DNA of 64,000 bases from Eledone cirrhosa (lineage: Eukaryota): the NCBI GenBank assembly GCA_964016885.1, contig OZ024748.1, forward strand, positions 6,696,001-6,760,000, in the 5' to 3' direction. Made by a program: the position numbers and the translations under genes. This document shows, one piece after another, positions 61,499 through 64,000 of the stretch; within the stretch, counting starts at the first letter, position 1, and each line of letters begins with the position of its first letter. Below the pieces are notes generated by a model. The model was not told the DNA's origin, made no database searches, and saw only the letters and a list, made by a program, of their open reading frames with translations.

Positions 61499-61841
61499 GG
61501 GTGAAGATACTGTTTGTTGAAAACAGTGAAAGCCACAGAACATTTGTATTAAGAACCAATACAGAAATGTGTGTATATGTTTGTATATATATATATGTAG
61601 TAAATATGTTCATACATTATTTCTATACATGGTACATATTTTATACATAATAGTTATACAATATTTTTATACAAATGATATGTAAACATATATGAGCGAT
61701 ATGTTGTACTCAATACTTTATTAATATTGAATGCATTGCGTAAAAGTCAATATCATGTCGAATATTTATTTATGTACATACATGTAATAATTTGCACAAA
61801 TATCTATAAAGATGCAATATATATAATAATAATATATATAT

Positions 61842-61881
<40 letters not shown>

Positions 61882-61973
61882 CGTTATTCCGGGTTGAATC
61901 GGAGGTAACCACAGTAAGTAAGGTACTCAATGAATGAAACAGTTCTAGTCCTGTAGAATCTCATCTATATTAA

Positions 61974-62190
<217 letters not shown>

Positions 62191-62756
62191 TATATACATA
62201 CACATATATATATATAATATTAATTCAAAATATTAACAAAAATAGACATTCGTCTGATCAAGTATATTTTATTATACATATTTCAGAGGTACTGAATCTT
62301 AGCTTCAGTACCTTAGCTCAGTACCTCTGAAATAAGTATCATAAAATATACTTGATCACACGAATTGTTAATATTTTGAATTAATATTAATAACTCCGGA
62401 AAACCATAACTGTTGAGTGCTTCCAATCCATTGTAAAACTTATTCTTTGATTTATTCATTGAACCTTGTTTACCTTTAAATATATATATATATATATATA
62501 TATGTACATATATATATATTTTCCATTATAAATATTTTGTTTTACCAACATCTGAGCTCATTTCGTTTCGAGTGAAAGGTAAGGACTCACCCGTCGGGTA
62601 GAAACTAGTTATAATGACCACACTCAGCATTCTTAAATATGTTATACTAATCTGAACGATACACTGGTTAGTCGAGATACTTAACTGTCCATCTAAGTAA
62701 ACACAAAAACACACACTCACATATGCTTCATATATATGTATATATATATATAAATA

Positions 62757-62814
<58 letters not shown>

Positions 62815-62942
62815 GTGTGTGTATATATAATGTATATATAATGTATATATATGTGTATATATATATGTATATATATATATGTATATATATATATGTATAT
62901 ATATATATGTATATATGTATATATGTATATATGTATATATAT

Positions 62943-63125
62943 AGTAATAATAATAAATTTGAAGACTAAAATCCAAAGAGGGCTCGATAAGGATAAATAT
63001 ATATCAAATATATAAGGACCGTAGAGCAAATATTTATTAAAATAATAGAAGTGTTTCAGAAGATCCCGTTAAGGGTGAAAGCAGCGATTCTTTGCTTAAA
63101 CTTTAATCTGTTATTTTAATAAATA
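62943..63125. mobile_element. Family C inverted insertion with U4A-core HHR at 63053-63101
   Basis: Reverse-complemented 3' end (62943-63048) followed by the sense HHR segment identical to 10987-11056. Confidence 0.8.
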
Positions 63126-63307
63126 AATATATATATATATGTAGAGGTTATATTTAATTTGTTGGGATTCAACAAGCTAAATATTTTTATAACTGATATA
63201 AAGCACTCAACAAATTATTGGAGTAAATATCCTGGAGATTCCAACCAGAATGGTTGCGTTTTTTTTAAGGGTATGTCAATATTTATTTATAAAACTAACC
63301 TATATTA

Positions 63308-63372
63308 TATTTTATCTGATGAAAGCGCACCATAGTATGCTCTGGTGGCCTTGAAATATGTATAATGAAATA
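63308..63372 (+). ncRNA. Type-I hammerhead ribozyme (family D; element 63141-63400, inverted structure)
   Basis: TATTTTAT-CTGATGA-AAGcgCACCA-loop-TGGTGgcCTT-GAAA-TATGTA-TA^ATGAAATA. Confidence 0.82.
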
Positions 63373-63400
63373 AATATAGTTTCCATTTGTTAATATATTG

Positions 63401-63444
<44 letters not shown>

Positions 63445-63484
63445 CGTGTGGTGTGTATATATATATATATATATGTATAGTGGC

Positions 63485-64000
63485 ATCAAAGAACACCACA
63501 GAGATTGGAGGAATTTTTGACAACAACGTGAGCTCGCGTATTCATAGAAATATTAAAGTTGACTTGACCCACAGGATGTATTCTTGGATTCTCAGAATTT
63601 CCGGTGTTGACAATTTTATATCTTCCATCTCTACATTCTTCCAGTCTCCCTTTGCTCTATAATCTCCTCCCACGGGGAATGGTATTGTGAAAATTGAAGC
63701 AACCCATAGTTTAATTGTAAGTGGGATGGATGGTTTGAAAGTTTTTTTAATTTGGGGTCGACAGGAGAGGCTGACAACTACAGTCTGGGGCGCCACCGTA
63801 GGGGTTATATCTGTATAGCGTGGAAAATATTCCATCAACATTAACCAAATGGCCCAAGCACTTGAGCCCCATGCTTTCCATCCAGTACAAAATCAAATTC
63901 GCATCTCATAGTAACAACATTTCACAACTACTTCACCTCAACTAGTACAGTTCTCTTTAATATCATACCGAAATTCATGAAGCAGGAATCAGATTTATAC
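63485..64000 (-). mobile_element. Possible decayed R2/R4-like RT-thumb remnant
   Basis: Minus translation LKCLGHLVNVDG (YLG-like motif) followed by frameshifted thumb-like sequence; weak. Confidence 0.3.

Overview
AT-rich, gene-poor eukaryotic window dominated by (TA)n, (CA)n, (GA)n and (GTA)n microsatellites. The abundant tRNA-derived Deu/Nin-domain SINE suggests an invertebrate, probably an octopod cephalopod (inference). No intact protein-coding gene is visible; almost all listed ORFs are microsatellite artefacts. Recognisable content: about 20 copies or fragments of one SINE (several with clear TSDs), two copies of a second tRNA-SINE, RTE-clade LINE fragments (one with a 5' inversion), an internally deleted RTE derivative, CRE-like and R2-like remnants, and a 30-bp minisatellite. 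The main signal is that most of the 100-450 bp 'islands' inside (TA)n tracts are terminal fragments of at least 6-8 distinct families carrying type-I hammerhead ribozymes (HHR), as expected for the pseudo-LTRs of Penelope-like elements. They include non-canonical cores (U3-A8 'UUGAAAA', U4A 'CAGAAGA'), HHRs with a giant branched stem II, and a recurrent fold-back/inverted insertion architecture. One copy folds back at the predicted ribozyme cleavage site. All RNA structures were paired by eye; no database search or folding program was run.
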